DNA of 59,543 nt, the filler included, from Trypethelium eluteriae (taxonomy: Eukaryota): NCBI GenBank assembly GCA_051942245.1. It is 3 parts of 3 records of this genome, joined end to end, with 100 filler letters (N's around TTAATTAATTAA, not from the genome) between each part and the next. Parts side by side here need not be neighbours in the genome. Positions count along the whole stretch, not along the records: positions 39,807 to 59,543 come from JAVECL010000518.1; 2 more parts are not named here. One strand, given 5' to 3'. Shown here piece by piece: positions 58,952 through 59,543 of this stretch. A program made the position numbers and the translations under genes. Within the stretch, counting starts at the first letter, position 1, and each line of letters opens with the position of its first letter. The notes below the pieces were generated by a model that was given only the letters and a program-made list of their open reading frames with translations, was not told the DNA's origin and ran no database searches.

Positions 58952-59543
58952 GTGACGGAGGGATTCCAAACACATGCTCAAGCGTATGCTAGATCTCGAC
59001 AGGAATCTTGCCGTGGAAACTACCCTCATCCAAATCAGCCACAATGTCGATCACGTCTTACCATGGGACAGTCATCACGTACCTTTCAGATATCCTTCTC
59101 ACATTCTTTAGAAGCTAGTCAACACCCACGAGGAGCCTAAATTCCAAACAAATGAGCTCAAAAGGCTATGGTGTAATTGGTGCTTGGCACTTGTGGTTTG
59201 TTGCATACGTCATCACGGGATAGAGTATGTCAGTATCTCAGCCCTGGTTAGATAGGTAGTATAACAAAGCGGCTGAATTATTTGACCTATGGAGGCCTTA
59301 ATAAATTGTTCGAGTAGTGTACCAAATTCAAAGAGTGAGACTATATAGAAGATAATAAGTACCTGTCCAATATAGACTGGTTAGCTTTACTACTTGATAC
59401 ATACTTACGGGTCTCTCCCGTCAGTCGCCCGCGCCCACCACTCGCCCGCCTCAATTCAGTTCTACCACCTTAGCTTTGACGTCAAATATCTCAACACCTA
59501 GAGTAGCTAGAATAATATAAATTATACTAGGAAGTGTATTCTA

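Overview
This window is from a filamentous ascomycete (Pezizomycotina-type) genome with short GT-AG introns. It consists of three contigs joined by artificial 100-nt N/TTAATTAATTAA spacers (19831-19930, 39707-39806). Most genes are conserved housekeeping genes: POP7-like 3' end, carboxylesterase, RRP40, SSZ1, an RRM nucleolar protein, RAC1, CMS1, CENP-T, SHY1, eIF3d, an acyl-CoA synthetase, a PKA catalytic subunit, VMA11, ROM2 and OCH1. The most striking part is a compact accessory locus at about 20.7-28.0 kb. It holds a small spliced gene missed by the ORF track (C-terminal SH3/KOW-like beta domain) and an intronless multidomain caspase-family (C14) protease lying head-to-head with an intronless TPR-CHAT protease that carries one in-frame TAG; an ankyrin-repeat gene follows. 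This looks like a fungal two-protease immune or cell-death module. Next to it is a large secreted protein with Kex2-type sites and a CNF1/CheD/YfiH-like Cys-x14-His motif. The right end has two damaged CYP7-like P450 genes, one frameshifted and one broken by a ~330-bp internal inversion. All family calls come from motif recognition by eye; no searches were run.
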